Of a DNA stretch of 64,000 bases, positions 27,213 through 40,998 are shown in pieces. The notes under the pieces are model-generated. The model had not been told where the DNA came from and searched no databases. It worked only from the letters and a program-made list of their open reading frames with translations. Position 1 is the first letter of the stretch. Each line of letters begins with the position of its first letter. This DNA is from Anolis carolinensis (Eukaryota): contig NC_085842.1 in the NCBI RefSeq assembly GCF_035594765.1, forward strand, positions 255,141,747-255,205,746. Reading direction: 5' to 3'. The position numbers and the translations under genes were made by a program.

Positions 27213-28389
27213 CATGTGATCACATTTATATTATTAGCTTTCCCTTTCCTGCTTGCTGGGGGGGGGGTGAGTGTAATTTACTGACCCCCCCCCCCCAGTG
27301 AAGGAGACCAGTAATCAAGTAGTCTCAGCCAGGACTACTTCTAAGGGGTATTTTCAGTTCATTGCAAGCACTAATCGAGACAACAATGGAGCTAGTGACC
27401 TAGTGGAGGACCCATTCAGTCTGTGAGTAGGGAAGGGAGGGGTGTGCATAGTCTTGCTTGTCCACCAACCCCTTTCCATTAAAGACACAGAAGTGGGGCA
27501 CTGAGGACACCATGGCTCCATTACTTGGAGGTTTTGATGGGGGTGGGTTTGCGTTTTTGCTATCTCCCCCTTGTTTGCTGATCCTTGTTCCCCCATGTTG
27601 GTTGGTGGTCCTGAGGGCTCCCACCTCCACCCTCACAAGTGCAGCCATAGCTGGAGTGCTCTGTGTGGGTAAAGTGTGGGGATCTGGGCCCATTGAGATT
27701 TTCATGTGGTTACCTTGCACAGGGAGATTTGGGTTTTTTCAGACTGTGCAGCTTTATGGCTCTGTGTCGCTTGCACATCGCTGGTCTAGACTTCGCTACC
27801 ATGGGATCACAGCCACCTGCCCCATGTGGACATTTTTGGGACCACATGCTGTTCCTAATTTCACTTCCCTTTGGGCTTGCCAGCTGTCAGAGATGCTGGC
27901 CTATGGAGGCCCATTGCAGCCAATGCTTTTGGGCCATGTGTTGTAACGGTTTGATGGCTTTTCTTTTTTTCTATAGAGGCCTCTGTGGTGGCCATTCTGG
28001 GGCTTAGTGTGCACAAGGCGGTGACGATCTTGGCTCCATTTATTTCTGTGCTTGAGAGGCCATCTTGGTTTCTGCATGCAGAAAATGCCACTGCAGCCAT
28101 TTTGAATGTCGTGTGCTATTCTGGTCACCCTGGATAGATATATTCTTTAATTGTTATGGCCACTGTTTAATGATTTGATAGGTTAATGACAAAGGAAAAT
28201 GCTGTTTTATTTAGCCATCCATTATTGATGGTCTGTTGCAACAACAACAACAACAACAACAACAATGACAACCCACAGTACAGTGGATGACTAAGAGGCT
28301 AAGTGTCTTACATGAAGCCAAATAGGATAGTTAACATGTTAATAAGTTGTTGTAATTGTGAGTAAATAACACCAGGATGTATTGACAAG

Positions 28390-29414
28390 TAGGGTTGTGC
28401 ACGGATTTCATTTCCCCTGTTTCTTGTTTCCTTCAGTATTTCAAGATCACGTACGACAATGGCTTTCCTGGTATGAAAACTCACCCAACACAAAAGCAAG
28501 CAGGAGCCGATCTCAGTTCCTCCTCCCCTATTCGGCATCATAGGGGCCGGGCTGTGGCGCAGCTGTTGAGCAGCTGCCTTAAATCACTCTGACCATGAGG
28601 TCATGAGTTCGAGGCCAGCCCGTGGCGAGGTGAGCACCCGTCAATTAAAAATAAAAAATAGCCCCTGCTCGTTGCTGACCTAGCAACCCGAAAGATAGTT
28701 GCATCTATCAAGTAGGAGATAAGGTACCACTTATAAAAAAGTGGGGAGGCAAGATTAACTAATTTACGACCTGGAATGAGGAAGTGCTGTCAGTGTGGAT
28801 GATGAAGCAGCTGCTCCCCCCTGTGGCCAGAATCGAACATCCTCTCAGAAGAAGGTTAACTTGCCTCTGCGTGTGTCTCTCAGTCTCTGTTTGATGTGTT
28901 TATGGGCATTGAATGTTTGCCCTATGTGTGTTATAATGTGATCCGCCCTGAGTCCCCTTCGGGGTGAGAAGGGCGGAATATAAATACTGTAAATAAATGT
29001 AAATAAATAAATAGTGAAATCTTTTTGATTTTCCTTTATTTTCCTGATTCTTTTTATTTAGAGGGAATGGTTGGGCGTTGAGAACTTGAGGGGCAGTGAG
29101 TGGGGTGCACACACCTGCATTTGGGGGCTTGGAGAGTCATCCTTTTACCATCTTTTTCTCTTTCCCTTCCTCTCTTTCAGAAAATACTTCTAAAAGATAA
29201 TAATTATTGTTAATTATAGTAACCCCACCAAACAAAACGGGAAGCCAACCCCCCCCCCCAAACAAGCCAATAGAAAATGGATCTTTTGGCACTCCCAGAG
29301 CAAAAACAGATATCTGCCCTCCCATACTCGGGAGGCTCCCAAAAATGGATTGGGGCCCCCACCAAAAGCCGGGGCACTAAACGGCTCACAATTTAACTGG
29401 ATTGCACAACTCTA
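28390..29414. mobile_element. Non-autonomous hAT-like element containing a nested SINE
   Basis: TIR tagggttgtgc / gcacaactcta. Perfect 8-bp TSD ttgacaag at 28382-28389 and 29415-29422. Confidence 0.88.
28543..29013 (+). mobile_element. tRNA-derived SINE with L2-type tail (Anolis SINE2-like)
   Basis: A box TGGCGCAGCTG (28555), B box GAGTTCGAGGC (28605). 3' stem-loop ccgccctgagtccccttcggggtgagaagggcgg plus (TAAA)n, shared with the L2 ends in this window. Confidence 0.85.
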
Positions 29415-31441
29415 TTGACAAGTGTGCCTTTCAACCACTCAGGACTGTTTGTTTCTATGGCTTGTAAGTTTTTTATACTCAACTAATGATTTTTCTATTT
29501 TTTCAACAGCATGGCATTGAAGAAGAATAAAGGGCAAAGGCCTAGCTAAAAAAACTCCAGTTAAATGCCCGCCTCCCTCAGTACCTTCTTCCTCAGATGA
29601 CAAATGTAGTGGGCATGCCATAACTGTTCTGGTAGCCCGTGTGAGCATGTTGGAAACAGAGAAGGAGGGCCTAGGACCCCTCCTTTAGTTCCAGGCCTCC
29701 ACAAATATTTATTTTCTCTTTTGTTCAGGGAATTGGAGAAAAAAAAGAAAGAGGATATGGATGATAGAAAGAAAATATTAAAAAGAGAAAGGTAGATCGT
29801 AACTGAGCTAACTAACTTACTGGTTTCCTAATTTATGTTGGTGTCATTGTGAAGATTTATCCGGCTAGGGCATTCTCACTATTTTATTTTCTAAGCATCT
29901 TATACATGGCTTATGTCAACTTCACAGCCAATGCTTGGCTAATGTATGAGAAACATTCAGGTGGCCAAGTATCCCACCCTTAGGTGGGATCTTAGAGACA
30001 GCCAATTATGGATGCAGATGATGACCACTTCTTGTTTTTTTTAATGGTGAGAGGACTGACAGTGGCCACATGATGCAAAAATACAAAGAGGGGCAGTCCT
30101 TTCAGCAAGGAGCCCCCCAACAGCAACAGCAACAGCAGTGACTGCTCTGTTGGGAATACATGGCCCAGGGAGTGTGCCCACATAAACCCTGCACATTTCA
30201 GCATTTCTGCTCAATTTGGAATTGAGTACACTCCAGCAAAAATTGTGTCAAAGGTCATCTTTTCAGGTTTATTCAAGGTGAGAGTCAAACCACAAAAAGG
30301 GAACAGAATTCTTCCACCATTTCAAAAGGGTCCCAGTCCAATTAATTTTCACAAGCTAGGCTACTGGCTATACAGATACCCTAATGCCATCAGAGTTTAT
30401 ATCTTGGTGTGCACCTAAGGCACCCAGCTTGGTGAACGCAAGGAACAGGAAGCTTTTGTGTATGGGCAACTAAGGTGGGGACGAATGGGAATGGCCTTGG
30501 AGCTGTAGGGGAATTCTGGCCCTACTGAAGTCTTGTGACTGGGTTGGAATTCTCTGAGAGCAACTCGGATGGTTGTGCTCAGGGGACTCAGGCACCTCAC
30601 CCACATTAGCTGAGGAGGAAGTCTTGGATGGCCACTTCCTCAGTTTATTCCACACCAAGTTCATACCCTTTATCAAGTTGTTTGCAGGTCATGAAGAAAG
30701 TTAAATAGGTAACATTAATAAAGTTGCTCATAGTTATCCCATGCAGTTGTCTGGTCTTATTATTTTAGTGGTGGAGGAGCAAAGAGTTTCACGGAAAATG
30801 GCACACATTCATTACAATCCCTGTATTTGGTTTTCTCAAATGCATGTCCTATTTCTCCCAGTCATCATGCTGAGAAAGAAATATTTGCTGCTAATTGCTT
30901 AAGCAAACTAAAGGGCCCTGGGGCATGGATACCAGTAGGCAGACACAGCATGTGTACCAAAAATAACTCTCCTTTTCCACAAAACTGTGTGCCAAAGAAA
31001 GAGGTGACTTCTTAGGATGCCTAAGGGAGTGTACAAAGTGATATTAAAGTGAAAGTTCCGATGACAAGATATTCATAGCTGGGCAGGTATATCATCCCCT
31101 TTCAAAAGTGCTAATCTTAGAACTTGTCCAGACTGGCTAAATATATTGAGAGATCAATGTTTATTTTATTACTGTAACTACCACTTTTGTTTCCAAGATC
31201 CATACAGGATATTTGCGGCATTTCCAGATCTTTCTGTGATTCTGTTTATTTCTATCATCCGATAGGATATATTCTAGTATGCCAGTCTCCTTTCTGTTCC
31301 CTTTAACACTCTCCTGATATTATAAGTGGGATCTACAGTTCTCTGTACATGTGTATGTGGATGTGATCATGCATGTGTAACCCTATGAAAGTTAGTTTAG
31401 TCTAATCAGTAAGGAAAATCGAAGGAAGGAGCTATATTTAC

Positions 31442-32232
31442 TGTTTAATTTGTGCTTTTGTACCATACTGTTCATTTATATTGCACGGCATAGCAGACCC
31501 CTCCCCACACGGATGAAGCCGTGAAACAAAAGTGAAAGCGGCATGAAAGCTTTGCTGCTCCACTTGGTGCTCCCCGAACAGCCCTGGGAGCATGTCTACC
31601 GGCTGTGCTTGTTGCCCCTTGCCGGCCTCAGTGCCTGCCTTGCAGCCTGCTTATTCTTTAAGCTCAGGTCTCCTTTGCATATCGAGAGGGAGACCTCTCA
31701 GAATTGGTGGAACCTTCAGCCCAGTCTTTAAGCTCAGGTATCTTGTGCATATAGAGGGAAACCTCTTAGAATCAGTGGTACCATAAGACCTGCCTTTAAC
31801 CTTAGGTCTCCTCCACAGATTGAGAATAAAAGTCTCAGAATTATTGGTATCTTAAGCCCTTAAGTAAGAAGGTGGGACCAGGGGGAAAAGAGGGGATGTT
31901 TTTAAGGACATTTTATTTATAGAAAAAAAAATCCCTAAAATTCGGGGGATGACCCAAACCTTGTAAGAGTTGGAGAGCAAAAAGTGGTAGATATGCCCTC
32001 CATGTGTGGTGATGTTCACCCCTCTAGTACTAAAACTAAGTGGAAGGGGAGCATGGGCAGCCCACCTATTGCTGTCAGTGGGGCAAATGCATTTTAAATA
32101 TTCAGATGGTGAAACAAAATAATTCATTCGGATAGGCACCAGTTTCGGAAGCAGCGGATGGATATGGAAATGGAGCCATACAAATGAAACAAACAGAAAC
32201 AGGAACTGATTTCATACAATTGCACAACACTA
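31442..32232. mobile_element. Older member of the TAG-ended hAT-like family with 3 x ~70-bp internal repeats (31657-31860)
   Basis: Right end gcacaacacta. atatttac on both flanks (31434-31441 and 32233-32240). Left TIR is degenerate. Confidence 0.5.
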
Positions 32233-33439
32233 ATATTTACTGCTGGAGTTCAAAAGGAGAAGAAGAGAGCTAGAGAGGAGTTGCAGTTGCCAGAACTAAA
32301 TGCACAGACTAAGGATTGATTCAGGCTTTTTTATATCTGAAGTAGTCTAAACATTCTAAATCTACCATGCCCTCTTTTTTTAAAAAAATCCAACCCTCTC
32401 TGGAATGATATTAAGGATCTTGCTCTATATTAGGGCAACCTACATTTTTCTGTACACTATTGCTTGGAATGAACATGCTATGTGCATCTGTCCAAAGAGT
32501 GTTTTCACCAGTTCTATTATGAAGATATTTTTTAAAACAACCCAAAGTTCAATATTTAAAAAGTAGTTGCCTCATAAAATTTTAACTATCCCACATACCA
32601 AAAAGTGTAATGAATCCAATAGGAACCCTACAAAGATTAAACTAACATTTTCACTGGATACATGCTCTCAGGTCCACCTTTTCATTTTTTTCCCCAAATG
32701 GCAATCCCATACTTGCTTCTAATTCATGATGTTTTTCCTGAAAATTTAGGCACCAGGCAATGGTCTATTAACTTACAGCATTTTTTCTTCTGCCAACTGG
32801 CATGTGTATTTCCCTCGGAACACTAAAAATTTTCCCAACATTTTTCTCTTGAAACCAGTGCCAAGAACCCGGATTTGGTTTGTCTTCCAAAAATAACCAC
32901 CTTATCTCAATCAATGCTATTAGCTGCTTCTATTATACCTCAAGCAGTTCCACTTTTATTGTCTTGGAAAGTCTAGGGAGCTGATCACATTAAAGGATAC
33001 TCCATTTCTGACCTCGTTTGCATATGCATCTCGACATGTCATATCAAATTACATTTGTCTCCTGTCATCATCATTCTGTTGAAAACTGTGTGCAAAAGGT
33101 GGCAGAGATGGACCATTTGGACACGGGATTCATACTGTGTTTTAAAATATAAATAGCATGAAAATGCTTCTTTCATGTGTGATCAACGAAACAGTAAGTG
33201 AGCTGTCCCCTATGCTGTGATATCCCCTTTGGGTGTATCTGTAGGCAGTCTCTGCAGACACCGGGATTTGTGAGGAAGGGAGCTGTAACCATTGGCCTCT
33301 AGCTACGTGAGGAAAGAAAACCTCAATGATGGCTACTTTGAAGTCTTCAGCCCTTTTTCAAATATGTGTTTTCCTTTTGTGCTGTTGCTTACATTTTAAC
33401 TTTAAAGAATATGTCATTGTACACATTCAAGTGATTTCA

Positions 33440-33630
33440 TAGTTGATGAGGTTTGCAGTAGTCTCTGGATATGGCTGAAAATACTGCAAGTCCCATTGTC
33501 TGTGGTCCATCCTTCCTCAAACCCCTTCAAGTTTGGTCCAGATCCATGGTCTATGGGATCTGCAGTAGTGTCTGGATCTGGGTGGAGGTACTGCAAATCC
33601 CATTGTCCATGGTCCATCCTCCCCCAAGCC
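33440..33630. repeat. Two ~105-bp imperfect tandem units of an interspersed lizard repeat
   Basis: tgcagtagt.tctggat.tgg...tactgcaa.tcccattgtc..tggtccatcc twice. caagtttggtccagatcca resembles 59635-59900. Confidence 0.6.
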
Positions 33631-34813
33631 TTTGTATAGGTGTTTTATTTGTAAGGGCCACCTTTTCTGTTTGCAGCTCTCTACTGCACATGTGTGAGAA
33701 TTACAATTCTTGTGATATCATGCCTATGAGACTTCTCCCTAGCAGCATCACCTAGCAAGTATTTTTAAAAAATGAGAAAGAGAGGAGGGAGTGATATCAG
33801 CAGAAATTATGACGAATTGAGAAGAGCAAAGATTCTGTGGTGTGATGGGTCAAACCAGATTACTTTAAACAGTAAGAAATTCATGTGATGGAGGGTGTAT
33901 GTATCCTGTTGGGATCCTGCATGCATCCTGTTGTAAAAAAAATGTGGATTGCATACTGATTTAGCATTTTAAACTTTAAATGTTATGAGGTCCTAGATTT
34001 GCCTCATGCTGCCTTAAGTCAAGGCCATAGTTAGAAAATTTGGCCTTTTGCATACTGTGGGTAGAAGTGGTGACTAAACCTTTTATTTTCTCAAAGATTA
34101 TGCAGTTCCATTAAGGATCTGTATGTACTACGTCTATGTGACAACCTGATAAGAGTAATAATACGTTAAGTCCATGGCAAGCCTACCTGTTCAGTATCAG
34201 CGTAGAAATAATCCCATGTGCAAAATTGTTTCTTTTATCACTTACAAGGCATTATCAGTTTGTGAAAAGATGGGAAGGGAACAGGCCTGTGTGCTAACTG
34301 TGTACAATTTTCATACAAGCTTGACCTCTCTATGTAGAGTAACTACCACCCTAGCCATTCTACTTCTTTTTCAAATGTGCATTCTTTGTCATGCAGTTAA
34401 AATTCATTATATAATGTTGATCTCTGATGTCTCTAGGAAGATTATTTGTTGTTGTAATGTGCCTTCAAGCCAACACCAACTTATGGTGACCCTTTCATAG
34501 AGATTTCTTGGCAAGAATTCTTCATGTGCTATTTTCCACTTCCTTGTTTAGAGGTTGAGTGTGAAATGTCCATGGATTTCCATGGCTGAAGGGAATGTAA
34601 ACCATATGACCTCATCATAAAGGCCGCCCGAAGTACCACACTTCATGACGATTCCAGTGGTGCATGCCGGGGGTGTGAGGAACCCATTACCCCATGCCCT
34701 GCATAGCTCAACTCACCCAGCTGAGCATGCCACAGGGGAAAGCATTGGTTGTATTAGGAATATCATATAATTACCTATATTGTATGATATGGCTGAAGGG
34801 AATTTAAACCATA

Positions 34814-35160
34814 TGACCTCATCATAAAGGCTTCCAGAAATGCCACACATCATGGTAATTTCAGCAATGCATGTTGGGGGACATGGAGAACCCATCACCC
34901 CATGCCCCGCATCGCCCAACTCACCCAGTTGAGCATCCCACCGAAGGAAGCATCGACAGTCTGGCTTCCCCCCATTGTTCCTGGCGGAACATGGGAAGCC
35001 TCCCATGTTGCTGCGGTAGCAGCATTCTCCTCTTTGCCATCCATTTAAGCACAGGACCCCACCAGAAGTAGTTGTGCATCGTGTACTGGGAACCGGCGGT
35101 CTCTGAGCTTAAAAAGGCCATGGAGCATGCCAATGATTCTTCCCCCATCTGATGAGGTCA
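34814..35160. mobile_element. Harbinger-like MITE, partly duplicated upstream
   Basis: TIR tgacctcatca / tgatgaggtca. Confidence 0.65.
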
Positions 35161-36056
35161 TTAGTCTCTTTCAGTCCAAGTCCAACATTCACACCGCCCA
35201 TATTAGGAATATCATATAATTGACTATATTGTCAAATATAAAACATGCAATTCTGCAGCTCAGGAGCTTTCTTGTATAATTCTCTTGAAGTATTTCTTGT
35301 ATAATTCTTTTTTGCCAAAATTACTATCCCTTTCTTAAAGACTTTATTTCCTTTAGACTATTCTCAGATAAGATAATTTTTAAACCTGCATAATAGCAGG
35401 GAGCAAGCAAAAAACCTTGCAGTTAAATCAACATAGTTCACTGATTTGCCTTCCGCATTTTGGGCATGAACAGTGAAATATTTCAAAATTCCCATTAGCA
35501 CAACTAAATTTTAACATGGACCATAAATTTCCCTTAAGACCCACAGGAACTGCAACTTCATTGGATGCCTCATGGATCAGAATTCATGGATTCTAGTTGA
35601 TATAGTATTACAGTGGTATTAATAAAGAAACCCTTCTGGCTAAGAAAAGGCATTAAAGTAAGCAGTCCAAGAGTTGAGAAATGGGATAAATAGAATGTAC
35701 TTTTAGGTAGCCAATTTTAAATTGCCAGTGGCAATAATATGAATTTTGTCAGAGTCACTGTATGGATGGATCATGCTAAAAGCATAATAGAAAATGCAAT
35801 TGAGCTAGACTAATGTAAGATTACTACTGGCAAACACCATCAAAACTGCCTTGATTTCCGTAACCAACAAGGCAGCTAGCCATTTGTAGGGGTTACATTT
35901 TAATATACATAACATGCTCATAAAGATAATGGGAACTGACTTTTAGCTTTATTTCACAGACATTTCAACAAATTGTGATGAAAGTTAGAATTAAAACAAT
36001 GTTACTTTTGTACATAAAACTACATCACTGTTTGCTACCATCCCAAAATGGTTTCT

Positions 36057-36113
36057 TTTTGCAGAAAGCAAGATATAATCATGTTTTGCAGAAAGCAAGA
36101 TATAATCATGTTT
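36057..36113. repeat. Perfect 27-bp tandem duplication
   Basis: ttttgcagaaagcaagatataatcatg x2. Confidence 0.95.
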
Positions 36114-36931
36114 CATGAAATAGCATTATGTTTATAAAACTGTTTAACTTCAAAGTCCAAATGAGAATTTTCAAGTACTTTTAGTTGTATTCTGTAACCT
36201 GTAGTTTATTGCAACTCTACTGAAATAGGAAACAGGCCATGTTTAACTATGTTATATTTGAAAATCATCCACTTGTACATACCAGGACTCTTTTTCAGAG
36301 ATCCTTATAGCCTCTTATGCTTAATGGCATTGGACAGTACCCAACATGAGTGAAGCACAATGTAAGTAAAATAAAAGTGATAGCATTCAAGTTTCTAAAG
36401 ATATATGTCATCACTTTGATAAATATACCTGCTAGGAAGGGAAAGGAAGTTTTTCAGCTAAAACTTAATTGACTTCTGCGAGGTATTCAGGAGAGGAAAC
36501 AGCAGACTCAGATGATAGAGTAGACCACACATTCTACTGGAAGGATCCCTACTGTAATTCTAGAAAACCATGCTTCCCAGAGCAAGGTATAACAGGTCCT
36601 GGAGTAACTATATGGGTATGTTCCTGCTATAGAAAAATCACAGAAAAATAACGCAAACAGCTCTTCAGAGTCTCATAAATGTCTACTACTGCAGGGAGAA
36701 ATGAAAGATTGTCTGAGGTGCAACAACTTGGCTACTTTTTGAAGAGTATGCATGGTGCCTGGCTTCATGGAGGGACTTTGCGGGAGATATGGAGGTTTGA
36801 CTATCCTCATGAATAATATTTTTGCCACTATAATCAGCCAATGCTGCTTTTTACAGAATGCAGTGATTAGAGTGGGACAACAGAAAACATCTTTTGTCTC
36901 AAATACTAGGAACTCGTGGGATACCTTAGAC

Positions 36932-37245
36932 CGCTGTTTCTTAAACTGTGAGTCCTGACCCCAGATGGGGCCCCCTTAGCTCAGTGTTGCAGTCATGAAA
37001 AAATTGGCAGCAATAAAGGTGTTCTGAATGTCACCTGGTGGCTGTTTTAGATATTTACACAAATATGCGTTTACAGTGGATTCTGCAGAAGATGCTTCAG
37101 CTGTATTTAATAAAAAGGAATATTAGCCTGTTTTAGAAAGTCTTGCAAATGCTGATTTGTTATCAGTAACTGTTTGAATTTTATACCTATTTGATATACC
37201 TATATGTCTGAGGTATTCTGAAGTGGAAAATTTTGAGAAGCTCTG
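36932..37245. mobile_element. hAT (Charlie-like) MITE
   Basis: Ends ...tttcttaaact / ttttgagaagctctg. Flanks ccttagac / ctatagac. Confidence 0.65.
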
Positions 37246-37739
37246 CTATAGACAAATATCGCTGTAAAACTATAATGAATTGTCATGTTTTGAAAATGTA
37301 CCATTTATGGAGAATACATCCCTGAGACTACAAACAATACTGTGGGTAATGTGACTTGATGACTTCTATGGATAGAAACCATAGGTAAAGTATTTAATGT
37401 CACATGCCAAGTCTTGGTATATGTAGGGCTTGGAGCTGTAGGTTATCAAAGGCTAGTTCACCTCAACACACATCCTCCTGCTTTTTTAATGAGCAACCAA
37501 TCCTCCCAGCATCAGGAGGAGAATGTAAGAGTTCAGTGTACACCTTGGCAAAAGTCAGTGCTCTGCAATAGCTTCTTTAGCTTAGGTGTGTGTGTGTGTG
37601 TGACAGAATCTGCCTTTAGAGCTAACTTGGGTGTTTGCTCTCTCTTATAAAGTCCTAGGACTTGGGAGGGAATGCCCTGGGTTTGCCTTCCAGAAAATGA
37701 CAAACCAGGTTCCCTCATGATCATATGTTTTGTCCAAGG

Positions 37740-37981
37740 CAGGCATGTAGCCGGGGGGTGATCAGCGAGAAGGCCTTACATTTATTATTTAAACTGTTAT
37801 GCTTATTCATATCATGATCTGATTACCATGCTCAATATATCCCATATGCATGTGGGTATTGGGATAACGATACAAAAGGTTTGCTAGGGTAGATCCTCTC
37901 TCACTCAGACTCAGCCCCCCCCCCCCCGAACCAAAATCCCAGCTCCCCCCTCCCCAAATCAAAATCCTGGCTACCGGCCTG
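37740..37981. mobile_element. hAT MITE
   Basis: TIR caggcatgtagccggg / cctggctaccggcctg. Perfect TSD gtccaagg at 37732-37739 and 37982-37989. Confidence 0.88.
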
Positions 37982-39246
37982 GTCCAAGGGAAGGTTTAGG
38001 GTGTGGTGATCAATTGACATTGGGCCTTAGTTAGATCCACATCAGATTAACCCCCCTTCCTCTGCTCATCCCCAGGCAGAACTCATATGGGTTATAGGTT
38101 GAATAAAATAACTTTTTTTTCCATTCAATTGTTTGAGTTTGATATTGTTATTTGATGTCAGTCATCAAAATCAAAACACATATCAACTACCTTAGTGTAG
38201 AATAAACACAATGTGTAATAATAATGATTATGATTATGATTATGATTATTTATTTGTATTCCGGCCTATCTCCTCAAGGGGATTCAGCTACACGGCTGAT
38301 TCAATTGAGTGGAAATTGGACTACCTTCACAAAAAGTCTAAACCACACTACAGCTGACTTCATCACATATGGCCATATCAGCTTTCAGCCCACAGAGGGA
38401 TCGGCTATTTTGTCAAAATTCATACAAAGTTTCCACATTCATCCAGAACTGCCATAAAGCTGCTTAGCTCTTGGATATAACAGATAAAATCACTACATGA
38501 AAAACACAACACTGGTCACTGTGACAGGCAACAGAATTGAAAACTGAAAGATCAAGATCTTCCACACTGTTTCCCAGTGGAAGAAGCAGTTACGTATTTC
38601 AGGAAACAATTATGTATTTGAAAGGTTTTATGTACTCATTAGAGACTATTCTCTCTCTGAAAGAAAACCTTATGTCTCTGAAAAAAATCCCCCCTCAGCC
38701 TTTGAATATAAAACAATCCTTCAATCCAGAATAGGCAAGTCAATCATTTTAAGAAGTATAGTAAACAGTGCAGTGAGATGTGAAATGTAGAGCTTTATTA
38801 TGTCATTTCTTTTCTTGGTCCTATCTAAATTGCTCTTACATGTTTGTATTTTTAAGTCTGTATGCTGTTTGAAGGTCACATTTGCAAAAGCTCAGTGATA
38901 TTGATGTGAAATAAAACTGTAAGAAACCTTAAGAGTGCCACAACAATGTGAACCAAAAACTTGTGAAATTGGCCCCACTAGAGAATATTGCCTTGAGGCT
39001 CAATGTCAGTTGCAACCAGAAGCTCTAGTAGATGCTGCTGATAATAAGGCCATTCAATAAATCATCACAGGGTTGATCAGTCAACTGGTATGAAGACGTG
39101 GAAAGGAGACATGTTTGAACTTAAAACTATATTATTAAAAGTTCAACGCTCAAGGCCTCAAAACAGGTCAAAAGAAATGTGCCAGACAGGAAAACAGAAA
39201 GTTTACAATTTCACTAACTATGGAGAGGCTTGAGAAGTCCCTAGAT

Positions 39247-39388
39247 CAGGCCTGCATAACCTCGGCCTTCCATGTGTTTTGATCTTCAACTTCCAAAATT
39301 CCTGACCATTGGACAAGCTGGCTAGTGGCTAGGGATTCTGGGAGGTGGAGTCTTTAACACCTGGAGGATCACAGGTTGTGCAGGTCTT
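39247..39388. mobile_element. Short hAT MITE
   Basis: caggcctgcataacct / aggttgtgcaggtctt. Flanks ccctagat / ccatagac. Confidence 0.7.
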
Positions 39389-39616
39389 CCATAGACAAAC
39401 ACACTTTATACAGAATTATAACACTTTTCCTGGAAGGCTCAAATAGGGCAGCTGTTATACACATCTAGTTAAAGTTACTATTGTAGTGTTCTTTGTAGCA
39501 TCATCTAGTATTGGGACTCTAGATGAAGACAAACACGTTGAGTTCCCATATTAGTGAATATCCACAACAGTTGCTTCTCATTAAGAGTAGAGTTAATCCT
39601 CTGTTTCACATACAGA

Positions 39617-40073
39617 CAGAGGAGGTCCAACCATAAGGCGAAATAGGCATTTGCCTGTGGCGCCATCGTCCCGGGGGCACCATCGTCCTGGGAGGAGGGC
39701 ACCACTCTCCACCTCCTTCTCTTTCGGGCCTTCCAGAGGCCACGCTATCTGGGCTATCTGGGTTATCTAAGTCCACACTGCCCTATATCCCTGTTCAATG
39801 TTTAGTGCTAAATTTGCAAATATAGTAATCCCTACATAACATTATCATGTATTGAACTGCTTTTTCTATTGATTTGTTGTAAAACATGATGTTTTTGGTG
39901 CTTAATTTTTAAAATCATAATGTAATTTGATGTTTTATAGGCTTTTCCTTTATACTTCCTTATTATCCAACATTTTCGCTTATCCAACGCTTTTATTTTT
40001 CAGTGATTGGTTTGGGGGGGGGGCGCCAAAATTCTGTTCGCCTACACTTGAAAAATACCTAGGGCCGGCTCTG
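39617..40073 (-). mobile_element. Composite hAT element, same ends as 3849-5117 but different interior
   Basis: Perfect TSD catacaga at 39609-39616 and 40074-40081. End agggccggctctg. Confidence 0.88.
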
Positions 40074-40296
40074 CATACAGACCCACAGTTATAGGGATGC
40101 AGTTCCTAGTAGCCATTTGATTTTACTTTATAAGGAAATAATAGTTTTCATGGGGCAATAAAAACTGTAAAGGTCTAGATACTAAACCCTGTAGGGTTGC
40201 TTCCCATTGGACAAGGCAGAGCTACTCATTTATAAATTATTTTTGACTAGAATCAGTCAGGGATTAGAACCCTCTGTAAAGAAATGCTGACCAATA

Positions 40297-40575
40297 AAAG
40301 GTAAAGGTAAAGATTTCCCCTGATGTTAAGTCCAGTCATGTCTGACTCTGGGGGTTGGTGCTCATCTCCATTTCTAAGCCGAAGAGCCAGCATTGTCCGT
40401 AGACACCTCCAAGGCCATGTGGCCGGCATGACTGCATGGAGCACCGTTAACTTCCTATTGATCTACTCACATTGGCATGTTTTCGAACTGCTAGGTTGGC
40501 AAAAGCTGGAGCTAACAGCGGGCACTCACACCTTTTCCGGGGTTTGAACCTGGGACCTTTCAGTCTGCAAGTTCA
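40297..40575 (-). mobile_element. Sauria SINE, 5'-truncated
   Basis: aaaggtaaaggtaaag tail. Reverse match to 13555-13841. TSD gctgaccaata / gctgaccgata. Confidence 0.88.
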
Positions 40576-40848
40576 GCTGACCGATATCTGCCTATAACTC
40601 ACATTTTCCATCAGACTGTAAACATGTAATATTTCAGATACTCCAGGGTTGTTCCAGAGTTTTGATCAAACTCTGGAGCATCCCCTGATTTTTCCTAACC
40701 CAGGATTATACTGGTTTAACTCAATTTACCCCACAGTAAGCACTGGAAGTTAAAGAACATCATAAAGACAGCTGAAAGCAATTTCACAGTGAGTACAGAC
40801 TTTTAAGCCCATGTAGATCAGCCTCAACCTCTTTCACAGTCAATCTCA

Positions 40849-40998
40849 GGCTCCTTCTACACTTCCATACAATCCAGATTATCAAATCAGATAATTCACA
40901 TTATCTGCTTTGAACTGGATTATCTGAGTCTTTACACTGCCATACAATGCAGTTCAAGTCAGATAATTTGGATTTTATTTGACAGTGTAGAAGGGTTC
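40849..40998. mobile_element. Palindromic Harbinger-like MITE
   Basis: ggctccttctacact / agtgtagaagggttc with tca/tta flanks. Same family as 8127-8484, 18391-18445 and 18697-18775. Confidence 0.7.

Noticed and set aside
27354-28131. Cluster of overlapping ORFs in a GC-richer stretch
   Set aside because: No domain similarity. It ends in tggtcaccctg, suggesting an old DNA-transposon remnant whose other end I could not locate.
29848-30792. Possible solo LTR (TGTGAA...TTCAC, AATAAA near 30717)
   Set aside because: The terminal CA is imperfect and there is no matching TSD.
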